Positions 26,292 to 38,129 of a stretch of DNA of 64,000 nucleotides are shown here, piece by piece. The DNA comes from Hemiscyllium ocellatum (lineage: Eukaryota). The stretch is taken from NCBI RefSeq assembly GCF_020745735.1, contig NC_083440.1:13565138-13629137 (forward strand). The letters are read 5' to 3'. The stretch's first letter is position 1. Every line of letters begins with the position of its first letter. The translations under genes were made by a program, and so were the position numbers. Below the pieces are notes generated by a model, which saw only the letters and a list, made by a program, of their open reading frames with translations, was not told where the DNA came from and did not search any database.

Positions 26292-27127
26292 TAGTACTAT
26301 ATGCCCAGAAATAGACAGCCATTTGAGATGGAGAGGCGCCTTTCAGTTTGCAAAGTTAACAGTGTTTTGGCTGTGTCTTTTGGCCTGATAAGACTCAGAT
26401 GTGTAATTTGTAACAGCTCCTCTCGCAGCAGAGTAGAAAAACGTTTCTACTGGCTGTACCAGGACATTTGGATATTGCTAGATCCTTCAGTGAGCATCTG
26501 AGTGTCTCCGAGTCTCCTTCTGCAAAGGAGACGATATGTAGAGACTGCTAAAAGTATGAGGACAGAATTCCTGTCGAATGTAAAATAGAATCTATTCAAT
26601 TTTTTTTTAAAAACTTCATTAAAGTGAAAGCTGTATTTGAGCAAAGCGTTTGCATTTGCATATAATCTATTTTAAGCCAGAACATCTCTCAGAACATTTC
26701 AAGCAAGAAATAATCTTACTTAAATATTTCATCGTGCTTCATGCTGGTAATTTTGAGATAAGTACGAGCTAATAACATAATTGTGGTGATGACCAATGCA
26801 TCAGTTTGATATTTTGTAGCTGGACGACGTTTTCTTTGTATAGGCCATTGTGATCATTGTGCCCAATACAGACGACAATTCTTGTAGATATTATGTGTTT
26901 ACTATGAACCTTGTAAAATATAGCACTCTCTCAATATGACATTTGGATAACCAATCTTGAATTCTGAGTGTAAGTTGGTCCTGTGATTTTTTTAACAAAG
27001 TTAGGAGAATGTCACTGAATAAACTAATGCTCATTTGACAACACATTGTCACATCCGTTCAGGATGTCTTTGACTCACCTGGCGATAGTACAAACATCCT
27101 TATGAAATAGTAGACCTCATGCAGTAT
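26292..27127 (-). pseudogene. TRBV: TCR V pseudogene 3 (V exon 26292-26570, leader 27079-27127)
   Basis: Leader ATG>ATA, TAG at 26548-26550, FR2 deletion and frameshifts, Cys104>Trp. Splice sites retained. Confidence 0.9.
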
Positions 27128-28232
27128 GATTCTGTTACGTAACACTTGTTCACTCTGTGCAGGAGTTAGAGTTTTAAACCCCCAATAAGGCAGTTTCTCT
27201 GTGTCATCTGATTTATTATACCATATCCGGTTGCTATCTGCATGCCCCGGGGCTATTAGCTGTGAAACCGAAGCTCCACCTCACCCGATTCCTCAGCAAC
27301 GCATTGGACTCTTAGGTGACAAGTCAGTGTGAATAATGTGGCTGAAACTGCGAAAGGGAATATATACTTCAACTGAGCAAAAATCTTGGAATGTTAATTA
27401 TCAGAATCCAGACGTTGAAGATCAAGCAAGATATTTGATTGAAACTGTAAATGGGAGATGAGGAGAACACGTGACACATTCAATAGCCAAATTTAAATGC
27501 ATTGTCTGAAAATGTGGTTTGAGAGGTATTACAACAACTTTCAAAACAGATTTGAATCACCATCTTGAAAAGAGAAACGGCACAAATGAGGGAAATTGCA
27601 CGTCAGGATGGATTGTACGAACACACTGTGGAGAGGTCACGTGAACATATTTGATGATGCCAGTTATCATGCAGAGATTTCGGGGAAACAATCGTTCACT
27701 AGAGGGTAGCAGCTCTTTCATATGCTCTTTCGAGTGTTGCGGGTGTTGCTGGATGGGATAATAATTATTGCCCATTTGTAACGCGTGATTAAGAATAATA
27801 GAATAACATTGACATTTTTAAAATATTTTGTGTCACTTTTAATTGAATTCAGTTAAAATGAGGAAGACATAGTTTGACTTATTTTCCTTACAGTGTTATA
27901 TTGCTCGTATGTACAGAGCATTGATGCACTAATAAAACAAAGAACAATACAGAGAGAAGCATGCCATTTCACCCTCCAAGCATGCGCCGACACATTTTGC
28001 CCTTTCATTCTAAAGCTGTATTTTCTTGCAGGCTGCGACAGAGTGTGTGTACGTGTGTGAGTGCAAAGGAGCACAAGTCTGTGAGAGCGTGCGTGTGTGA
28101 GAGTGAGAGTGCATGTGCGAGCATATGAGAGGGGGTCTACCAGAGTATGTGTGCCTGTAGAGGTCTGTGCGTGTGTGTGTGCCCGCGCATGTGTGTGTGT
28201 TGGAATGAGTCTGTGCCTGTCTGTGTGTGTGC

Positions 28233-28235
<3 letters not shown>

Positions 28236-28308
<73 letters not shown>
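28236..28308. repeat. (TG)n microsatellite within a TG-rich tract (about 28040-28310)
   Basis: 73 bp of pure TG. Confidence 0.98.
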
Positions 28309-28311
<3 letters not shown>

Positions 28312-28317
28312 CAGTGT

Positions 28318-28955
28318 AATGGGGTGACCTGTAGTGTGACATGAACCCAAGGTCCCAGTTGAGGCTATCCGCATTGGTACCAAACTGAATGAGTTTGGTA
28401 CCCATGGTGATAGCCTCAACAGGGACCTTGAGTTTAAGTCACACCACAGGTGACCCCATTGCGGGGTGACTGTGTACTTGCAGAATTGCATTTTATTTTG
28501 CTCAAAAACTGTATGCATCCATATAAGACTCTGTAAATCTTTTTTTTGAAAGGTTAGTATTGTGGCACAGGCAGTCTCACATAGGGCAGCCTACACCTTC
28601 AATGAATTATCTGGGCTGACATGACACCAATTGTTAAAGTTCCCTTGATAATGTAACTTTAAAAAAATGTTTTGTGATTTACGTATGAAAGAACTGAAAC
28701 CAACATAGTAATTCTGAAAGATAAAAGACTTAACAAACAAACCAGCTTTTTCAATACATAATTTCAGTTACAGCACACTGAAAGCTTTCGCTGTAAATTC
28801 TGTGCCTTACAACCTGATACTCCACAGCCACCCGATGAAGGAGCAGCGCTCTGAAAGCTAATGCTCCTAAATAAACCTGTAGGACTATAATCGGGTGTTT
28901 TGCGATTTTTAAATTTATACACCCCAGTCCAACACCAGCTTTTCCAAATCATGAT
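28318..28955 (+). mobile_element. Penelope-like element terminal fragment (hairpin plus degenerate hammerhead)
   Basis: 70-bp-arm hairpin 28318-28460. CCGATGA-A-GGAGC-AGC-GCTCT-GAAAGCTA at 28832-28860. The terminus also appears inverted at 33.8 kb. Confidence 0.65.
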
Positions 28956-29390
28956 GAACAATGTCGATTGAAGTCAAGAGAAGCATCCTTGCAAAGAGCT
29001 TGGATAGAAATGACGGTCTGAATTCCAACTTCTGCCCGTCACATTCTCTGATTCTTAATATGGGCACAGAAAACGTCTCCAGAACATACTGGAGAGATTC
29101 TTGTGCGTTTTCTGAGCAATTGATTCCACAGCAAGCAGTTTTTTTTTCATTAAACACAGAAATACCTGCCAGGAATTCGTACATGAATAAAATTTGCTGT
29201 TTTTGGCATTTGTTCAGACTTGTTCTGAAATTATCACTCTACGCTGGAGAGAACGAGGATAAAATATTGAATTTAATGTCAATGTGTGGCTCTTTAGCTA
29301 ACAGATAGCGAAGTCATCTTTCTTCTCACACAAAATGTGCTCTGAACATCAATAGTCTGTTCCTACCTGTTTGTGATAAGTCCTTGTGGT

Positions 29391-30305
29391 AGGCAATAAA
29401 CAATAGACAATAGGTTCAGGAGTAGGCCATTCAGCCCTTCGAGCCCACACCACCATTCAATATGATCATGGCTGATCATTCCTAATTGGTATCCTCTTCC
29501 TGTCTTATCTCCATAACGCTTGATTCCACTATCTTTGAGAACTATATCCAACTCTTTCTCAAATGAATCCAGAGACTGGGCCTCCACTGCCCTCTGGGGC
29601 AGAGCATTCCACACAGCCACCACTCTCTGGGTGAAGAAGTTTCTCCTCATCTCTGTCCTAAATGGTCTAACCCGCAATTTTAAGCTGTGTCCTCTGGTTC
29701 GGTACTCAACCATCAGCGGAAACATGTTTCCTGCTGCCAGAGTGTCCAATCCTTTCATAATCTTATATATCTCAGTCAGATCCTCTCTCAGTCGTCTAAA
29801 CTCAAGGGTATACAAGCCCAGTCGCTTCAGTCTTTTAGTGTAAGGAAATCCCGCCATTCCAGGAATTGGACCTCGTGAACCTACGCTGCACTCCCTAAAT
29901 TGCCAGAATGTCTTTCCTCAAATTTGGAGACCAGAACTGCACACAATACTCCAGGTGTGGTCTCACCAGGGCCCTGTACAGCTGCAGAAGCACCTCTTTG
30001 CTTCAATATTCAATTCCTCTTGTTATGAAGGCCAGCATGCTATTAGCCTTCTTCACTACCTGCTGTACCTGAATGCTTGCCTTCGTTGACTGGTGTACAA
30101 GAACACCCAGATCTCTCTGTACCCACCCTTTACCTAAATTTATTCCATTCAGGTAGTAATCTGCCTTCCTGTTCTTGCCACCAAAGTGGATAACCATACA
30201 TTTTTCCACATTAAACTGCATCTGCTATGCATCTGCCCACTCAGCTACATTGTGCAGGTCACCCTCTAATCTCCCAACATCCTCATCATATTTCACCCTG
30301 CCACC
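29391..30305 (-). mobile_element. 5'-truncated CR1 occupying the place of a V gene
   Basis: LGLYTLEFRRLREDL..MRRNFFTQRVV, MQFNVEKCMVIHFG, tail (CTATTGT)n. Confidence 0.92.
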
Positions 30306-32350
30306 ACTATCTTTCTCAACACCATTTGCTGTGAAGTGTAGACTCCATATCTCTGCATTTCTAATTGTCTCATTGCATTTATAGAATCCTTGTCTCATTG
30401 CATTTATTGTGGTTTGAATAGCAGGGCTCAAATTTAAGAAGGGGTTATATTGTCTGGATAAGAATAGACAATATTTAAATTGGATCGTCATTAACTGGAT
30501 AAGAACAGAAATATTTAATACATCAAGATGCAGATCTGAAATGCATTGTCACAAAGAGTGGTCTGTGTGGAATAACAAGAAAATTCCAAACAGGCTTCCA
30601 TAAATACATGAAAAGAGAAATAGTAGAAATTAGATAAAAACATGTGACCAGATTTGGAAAGAATACTATAAGAATATTCAGGGACTATAAATGTATACCG
30701 AAACAGATAAACCAGAAATTTAAGGGAGAAGCAATTCTTCTTCAGAGAGAATTCTTTCTTGGAATGCTGGTGTCCTGGCTGGCCTACATTTATGGTTTTT
30801 TGCTGTTATTCAGTCATAGGATGAGGCTCCATCATCTGAGCAACACTTATTTCCCAACCCTAATTGCCCAGACAGCAGTTCAGAAGCAATTATATTACTG
30901 TGATTTTGGAGTCACATGGATACCAGATGAAGTAAGGACATTCGTGCGTGAGTTCTTTTTTTTCAAAAAGTCGATAATTGTTTCATTATCACTAGACTCT
31001 TAATTCTACACTCCTGTTTATTGAATTCAAGCTACAGCATTTGCTGTAGCAGGTTCGAACAGTTGTGCCAGGAACAGTATTAATTTTCCCAGAAAAGTTC
31101 AGCTATCATCAGACTAGGCCATCTCCCCCACCTGTCTTTGAACTTGAGGAGTTGTTTAAGAGATTTTTTAAAATTTTCATGATCTACTGTTCGTGTCACC
31201 ATTTTGCAAAAGTGTTGGTTTGCTGGGCCATTTCAGAGTCAGAATTACTGTTACTGTTACATTGACTCCAGACCTGGTTGGAATGGCAGATTTCATTCCC
31301 AAAAGGGTATCAGTCAAAGAGATTTATTTAGCACTTAAACACACTTTCATGATAACACTGAGTTGAACAGGATTTGAACTGTTTCTTTTAATGCACAGTT
31401 AGTTACTTGAAGCTGATTTCAATGACGCATTTTAAAGAACACTTTAGTCTGACACCAGGAATATGTGACAGGCAGAATGTGATCGCAGCGGACAACTGTG
31501 CTGATCCCATCTGAAGAAATGATGTTGTCAGGAGCACCTTTATAGTTATAGCCTGTTCTATAGGTCCTGCACTTTGGTGAAATATGTAACAGTCTTGTGT
31601 CAAAGTCCTTCCTTGTTTCATAACGAAAGACTGATGCCACCAACTTGTGACTGTGCGTTTCTTAGAATTACTTCACTGTGCTGGACTGAGGGAACAAGCA
31701 CTGTCAGAGAAGGATGAGAGCAGGAGCGGCTGTTGTGATGTTTCACAGATGATGTGAAAGAATCTTCGGTCATTAGAATTTCAAGTAATGGAGAGTTGTG
31801 TTTGCATTTTTGCTTAATATAGGATTGGACTATGATTCGATGCACCTGTGAATGTTGTTGAGTAGATTACTCGCCCATTTCAGTGGAAAGAGAATGGTGA
31901 ACAATATTGCTTTGTGAGTGAAGGTAGGTCTCGACCATGTTATGGAAGAAGCTCTGAATCTGCCTTTCAAAGATTTCAACTGAACCTCAGTTTCTTAAAA
32001 GGGTAAACTAATTGCTGGAAGAATTCTTGATAGTTTTGCAAGCAAGTGGTTTCCAAACATTTTGACAGTCAATTACCTTTTTTTTTAAACACAGCATTGC
32101 CTGCAAGAAATCCGCACATCAATTAAAGTTTGACTCTTTGGGGGCTCGTTCAGACTGTTTCTGGAATCATCACTCTCTCTCCTGACGAGAATGAAGCTAG
32201 TATAGTGAAGTTACTCATTAAATCTGGCTCACTCGCTAACAGAGAGCGAAGTCTTCTCTCTTGTCACAGAAAATGTGCTCTGAACATCAATCGTCTGTCC
32301 CCACCTGTTGGTGGGAAAAAGAGACCTGAACATCCCTGTTCTCGAATACA

Positions 32351-32389
32351 GGTTTTTGTAGTTGCAAAGATAATATCTCGAACACTGTG
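32351..32389 (-). other. Consensus 23-RSS
   Basis: CACAGTG + 23 + ACAAAAACC. Confidence 0.97.
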
Positions 32390-32683
32390 CACTACTACAT
32401 GCACAGAAATAGACAGCCGTGTGAGATGGAGAGACGCCTTTCAGTTCCAAAGTAAACAGAGTTTCACTGGGCCTTTTAGCATGATAAGATTCAGATGTGT
32501 AATTTCTAACTGAATTTTCACCAGCAGAATAGAATAAAGCTTCTATTGGCCGGTTGGGTTGCTGTCGGTACCAGTACATATAGCTGTAAGCTGATTTCTT
32601 CAGCATGCAGTTTATTGTGTCCGAGTCCCCTCCTGCAATCGACACAATCGATGGAGACTGCTCCACGTAAGAGGCCAGGCTTC
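32390..32683 (-). CDS. TRBV: TCR V gene at 32.4 kb, V exon, open frame (TRBV-like)
   Basis: Acceptor tttacag|GA, 294 nt: SLASYVEQSPSIVSIAGGDSDTINCMLKKSAYSYMYWYRQQPNRPIEALFYSAG...HTAVYFCACSS. About 70% amino-acid identity to gene 1 by manual count. Confidence 0.9.
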
Positions 32684-33227
32684 CTGTAAAATGTAAAGCG
32701 GAATAAATTCAAATTTCTGACAAGAATTCATCAGCACAACGATTGTATTTAAGTGGGGCATTCCCGGTCACCAGAAAAAAAATACTGTCACAAGATAAGA
32801 TCATTTTAGACTATGTTACAAGCATTTTTTAAACTTAATTGTCACGTTATTGTTCAATTTCATCCTAATTGTTTTGACTGAATGAAGATCCACTAACAGG
32901 AATGTTTAATGATAAGTATGCATGCACTTTTAAAGCGTTCATCCAACTTGAAATTTTGGAGCAGGAACTGCTTTTCTCTGACAAGTAATCACTCTGTCTA
33001 ACTAAAATGTAAAGTTCTGTTCAGCATTAAGTGTGCACTATGGACGTTCTAAAAGTGCACAGCTTCCTTAAAACCTGTACATGGAGCTTTAGCCTTAACT
33101 TCCAGTTTCAGGATCAGGAGTGAGAGCCGGGACTCAAACTTTCTCACTCAGATCAGCGAGTGCTACCGAGCTAGCTACAACTCATTTGAAAATCTATTAG
33201 TTTATTTAATATGTGACTTTGACTAAC

Positions 33228-33276
33228 CTGGGTACAGTGCAAACATCCAGATGAGACAAAAGACTTCATGGAGCAT
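33228..33276 (-). CDS. TRBV: TCR V gene at 32.4 kb, leader exon (MLHEVFCLIWMFALYP-G), intact
   Basis: ATG at 33276, 49 nt, donor G|GTTAG. Confidence 0.9.
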
Positions 33277-33328
33277 GATGCTTTCATTTAGTGCTGGCTC
33301 CTTCATTGAATTCAGTGCAGTCCACTGA

Positions 33329-33443
33329 CAGCTGTGAAGGCAGTTTATCGTAAAATACACCACATCCGGTTGCTATCTCATTGCTCCTACACTATTTGCT
33401 GTGCAACGTAAGCTCCACCTCGCTATATTTCTCAGTGACGTAT
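33329..33443 (-). promoter_or_regulatory. Promoter of the 32.4 kb V gene: E-box, ETS:RUNX, CRE-like site
   Basis: CAGCTG at 33329-33334, ACCACATCCGGTT at 33359-33371, AGTGACGTAT at 33434-33443 (CRE-like, resembles the mammalian TRBV decamer). Confidence 0.7.
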
Positions 33444-33814
33444 TGAAATGATAAATGACACGGCGGTGTTGCTAGCAGGCTTCACATTTTAAGAGGGACT
33501 GGACAGTTTGGATAATCAAAGACAATTCTTAAATTAGGTTGTCATTAACAAGATTCCAGACAGCGCAGGTGATGGAAGATTTTTTGTTTCCTGTGTAAAT
33601 TGGAGTCAATGAGACCTTTTTCTACATCGACGATCTTATGATCTGGAGTGTACTGTCTGAAAGAGTGGCCTGAGTGCAATAACAGCAAACTGCAAAACAC
33701 ATTTGGATAAGTAAATGAAAGAGGAAGGGTAGAAATGAGGAATTGAGCAGTCGTGCCAAATTTGGAATGAATGCTGCAGTAATATCCAGGGTGTACAAGT
33801 GCATACCTAAACAG

Positions 33815-33935
33815 TAAACATGATTTGAAGATGCCGGTGTTGGACTGGAGTGTACAAAGTTAAAAATCACGCAACACGAGGTTATTGTCCAACGGGTTTA
33901 ATTGGAAGAACTTGTGTTGCGTGATTTTTAACTTT
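33815..33935. mobile_element. 121-bp Penelope terminal fragment with internal inversion
   Basis: 12-bp direct repeat ATACCTAAACAG at 33803-33814 and 33936-33947. Inverted gtacaaagttaaaaatcacgcaacac / gtgttgcgtgatttttaactttatac. Confidence 0.7.
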
Positions 33936-34159
33936 ATACCTAAACAGGGAAACCAAAAAATTCAGGGAGAAACAATTCTTCACAAGACAGTCGTAACTGC
34001 TGATTTAATTATTTCCTATCCAGACTGGGCTAAACTTCATTGCAGTCCAGATATGTTTTCAATTTATTAATTAACAGTAGTTATGCATCACAAGTACAAC
34101 AGCATTTATTGCTCACGTCTAATTGGGAGAGGACGTTTCAGAAGCAACCACATTGCGGT

Positions 34160-34400
34160 GGGTCTGGAGTCATCTTTAATTCAGACCAGGTCAGGTCATT
34201 AGTGTCCATTTGTTTTTTTCGAAAAAGAACAATTGATCCGACATCATCATTAGACTCCCAAATTCCAGAACATTAGTTTGTCAATTCAAAGATTCCACCG
34301 CCTGCCGTGGCACGATTTGAACGCGGGCCCCCAGAACATTCCTGAGCATCTGGATCAGCAATCTGATGACAATTCCATTAGCCCATCAGCCGCCTTGTGC
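34160..34400 (-). mobile_element. Old tRNA-head SINE carried within the V duplication unit (copies near 24790-24980 and 30900-31060)
   Basis: Shared catcattagactc..attcc..ttcaa..cc..ccg..gccgtgg..tttgaac motif. Confidence 0.55.
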
Positions 34401-35114
34401 AGATATTAATCAATGTCTTCTTGAATGTTTCCCTTCCATTCTGTTCTGGTTTAGCAGATGGTTTGCTGGGTCAATTCAGAGGCCATTTCAGAGTCAGCGC
34501 TACTGCTCTGGGTCTGGAACCGCGTGTATTGTGGAACAGTTCAGGGCAGCAAGTCTACTTCCAAAAAGAGCATCACTGAAATGGATAGATGTAACTGTCG
34601 TGATCATAATGACTTGATCAAGCTTTGAAAAGTATTTTTGTTTTTTAATTTTCAACTAGTTACTTGAAACGAATTTCAATGAAACATTTTAAAAGACCGA
34701 AGGAAACAATTTGGGAGGATGTGTTTACAGGATGCAATGAGATATGCTGACCTCATTGAAAAATCTGACATTAACGAATAAAATATGAACATACTCATCT
34801 ATTCTATACGATCCTGTGCTTTTGTGAAATACACAGTAATCTCTGGTCAAAGTGTTCCCCTGTTCGATGCCATCAGACATATTCCAACAATGTGTGACGC
34901 TGTGTTTCTTCAAATGAAATCATTGGGCGTGGACTAATGGAATGAAACAATTTCAAGGAAGCAACACGGAGAAAATGCTGATCTACTTTATGACAGACAG
35001 TCAGGGAATGAATCTTCACTCAAGTAAGTGATTCCACAGCTTAAGTATTATGCCTTCATTTTTGCTTAGTTGTTGGTTTGAACTGCAATGAGAAGTGACT
35101 ACGTCACAGAAATG

Positions 35115-35431
35115 TGTCTTTCTCGCTGAAAAGACAATATCTCAAACATTATGTTTTACTACACGTACAGAAATAGATAGTCATATGAGAGAGCAAGGTG
35201 CCTTCCCTTTCCAAAATATGCAGCGTTTGACTGGATCTTTTTTATGTGTAATTTGCACCAACTCCTGTTCCAGCAGTGTGGAATAAAACTTTTATTGTTC
35301 GGTCTAATTGCAGTCTGTACCAAAACATTGAGGATAGATAATAGCCTACAGCGTGCATCTTCGTGTCTTTGGGTCTTTACCTGCAATCGCCACGATGGAA
35401 GGAGACTGGTTCACGTAAGAAGACAGAAGAA
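35115..35431 (-). pseudogene. TRBV: Leaderless TCR V pseudogene with decayed RSS
   Basis: V exon 35154-35431 with acceptor cgacag, in-frame TAG after CTL, frameshifts and FR3 deletion. Heptamer CATAATG. Intron homology stops near 35560 and no leader follows. Confidence 0.85.
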
Positions 35432-36074
35432 CTGTCGATTGCAAAATAGAATTGGTTCACGTTTCTGACAACAATTTTTCAGACTAAGGGTTGCATTTCA
35501 ACGAAGAGTTTGCATTGACCCATAACTTGTCACAATCTTAAAAATAGATTTGGATCAATGCACGGAAAATGTAAAGAGCCAGAGTAAGCGCGACAGCACA
35601 TGGAGTGATGGATTGCATGAGGAGGAGGGCGAAGTCTCTGGATTATAAACACGTATAGACTCTGATAGGGCGAAACTTTAAGGGGAAACAGTCTTTGAAA
35701 AGAGATTGGTGATGACGTATTACATTCTATTCAGTGCTAAAGGTGTTATTGGATGGGCTAACAGTTGTTGCCCATTTGGAAAATGTGGTTATGAATATTG
35801 GAATAATTCTGCCAGTGATCAAATATATTCATGACATGGTGTTTGAGGTGCTAAAAATGCTGAAATATTTCCAGTGAGAAAACAAGGGTTCCTTCTTCCA
35901 GACGGATATGGAATGAAACTCAGAGACACTCATTTTCAGCAATGGAACAAAGAGAATCCTTCAGGGAGCATCAGAGAGGAATGGAAAGGGAGATGGTCCA
36001 TCTGAGCAACTATTTACATTGACCCCTAGTGCATGCTGTCTGCTGTCTGAAGGAAGGTTCTGGAAAGAGCTTTG

Positions 36075-37900
36075 TAATGACATGCAAATGTTCTGATAGT
36101 GGGTCAACCCCTCTGCTAATTTCAATCAGCCACACAGAAAATATTTACTCCGTGCATGAACCTGGTAAAATTAGAGAGGCAAAGAGCTATTCAGAAAGTC
36201 TATATTTAAAGTAAAAATTAGCAACTACATTAATCAAGTCTAACAGACAATACTAGCCAACAACTCTTTGCAAATCCTTTCTCTTAAGCTTAGCTTTTAC
36301 CTTCCACCCAATAATACTATTCCAATTTAAAAATCCAAATTACGATTTTTTAAAAAAGTTTAAAAACCAGTCTGCTTTACTAAGTTTTCTCCGCACACTT
36401 TGCTCTGTAGATTCTCTCTTGTTGATATTTTGCTGTGCAATCTCCTTCACTAGAAGGTACCTTTCATACAACCCTTAAACTAGGAGTCTGCATCTGTTCA
36501 TCTTTTGGCAGTTGTACACGTCGGCCCATTTCTCCTCTGCATTAACCTGCTGTGGACTCCATTTCCGTCTTAGGATCCTCTCTTCCAGATAATAACCCTC
36601 AGGAATATTCTCTGCCTCATTTTCTGTGTATGCGTCCAACCATATATATTTTATCGTCTTGTCTTGCTGTTGCAAGCCCCTTACCTTTACAGGACTAAGC
36701 ACCTGTCTGACCCTCTGGCTGTTCAGATTTGTTCTGCACCATTACGTCAAACAAGGTGTCTGCTAACTGAATCTTAAATTCAACATCTTTCTCGTTAGTT
36801 TTTGCTTCGTGTTGTGAGTTATTATCATGTGATTTGGTTAGCACAGTCTGGGAAAATGACAGGATATTTCTGTTTTAAGCCATCAATTTCTTGGTCATAC
36901 TTGGCTTTATTCACAACAAAAGGTGTCACTCTGAATTTGGACAATCTTAAATCATTCCTGGAACTGACACTCTTTCAATCACTCCCATTGTTACTTCCCC
37001 AGTCTCGCGTTGGCATTCCAACCTGATCTCACAGAAGAGAAAGCTAAATTTCTGTGCATCTATTCTCCAGGTTACACAATTTCGGGTAACAGATCAGGAA
37101 GAGCGGAAATTCGTTCATCTCTTCCCACCTCTACTGCACTTGGCTGTTTCTTGAATGCACTAGATGTTTGAGGAAATCCCTTACAATTTCAGCTTTACTA
37201 TTGTCCTTCGTTACACACAAATTTAACTTTCTTTGCTAATTCTAAAGGTATAGCCTTTTACTTTCCTATTTACCTTTCTTGGCAAATTTGAGAATCATCT
37301 TCAAATCCAAAACTCTCTTTACCAATATTAAGAGGTATTTTTCTCACTTAGATTTGAACAACGAGAAGTCACTAAAATTAAACAAATTGTCTCACCCTCA
37401 TTTTATTTAAAGATCCAGGACACTAACTGCATTTTTTAAAATCTACTGGGCTTTTGCACACCCCAAATCTATTCAAAACTGCCTAAATCTGTTTAAATCC
37501 TGGACGAGTCCCAACACTGTTAACACGTGGTGTAAAGCCCTCTGCTAATGTAACCCAGCAACACAGAAAAGATTCATCCCCTGATGTAATCGGTTAAAAT
37601 TCAAAAGGCAAAGAATGATCCAGTCACTAACATTAGCAACTTTATTCTTTAAGTCTAACAGAGAATGTTAACTGACAACTATTTACACATATTTTCTCTT
37701 AAACCTACCTACTACCTCCCACTCTACAATACCAATCTGATTTTTAAAAACTCGATTACAATTTACGAAAAACATAACGTTTCAAAAGTAGTCAGCTTTG
37801 CCGAGTTTCCTCTGTAGATTTTCCTCTGTCGATTCCCTCTGCAGTTCAGTTTCGATGTTTTATTGTGCAATCTCCTTCCCCAGACTTGTACACCGAGGCG
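36075..37900 (-). mobile_element. Internally deleted Gypsy LTR retrotransposon remnant
   Basis: Diverged direct repeats at about 36100-36470 and 37535-37890. PBS-like TTGGGACTCGTCCAGGAT near 37500. ILRRKWSP pol remnant. Confidence 0.65.
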
Positions 37901-38129
37901 AGCTCTTTAACGAGTCTGCATCTTTTGGCTTTTGTCAGTTCTCTCTGAACGATTCACAACTATGCAACTTTTAAAAGATTGGGTAATTTCATTTCTTTGA
38001 AGGTTATCGAAATACTAAATTCAAACTTGAGTGGATTTTGACATCTTTGAGCTTAATTTAAACTTATTGTCTGAATTTGAATTTGTTTGTTTTGTCTCAT
38101 GGCAACCCAGCTACTCTATTTGCACCGAC

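Noticed and set aside
27853-28518. 221-aa His/Thr-repeat ORF (and overlapping Cys/Val ORFs)
   Set aside because: Translation of the (TG)n microsatellite, with no coding signal
35154-35431. Leaderless V as a NAR-TCR 'supporting' V
   Set aside because: It carries stops, frameshifts and a dead heptamer. The missing leader is explained by a deletion, and it belongs to the same family as the leader-bearing genes.
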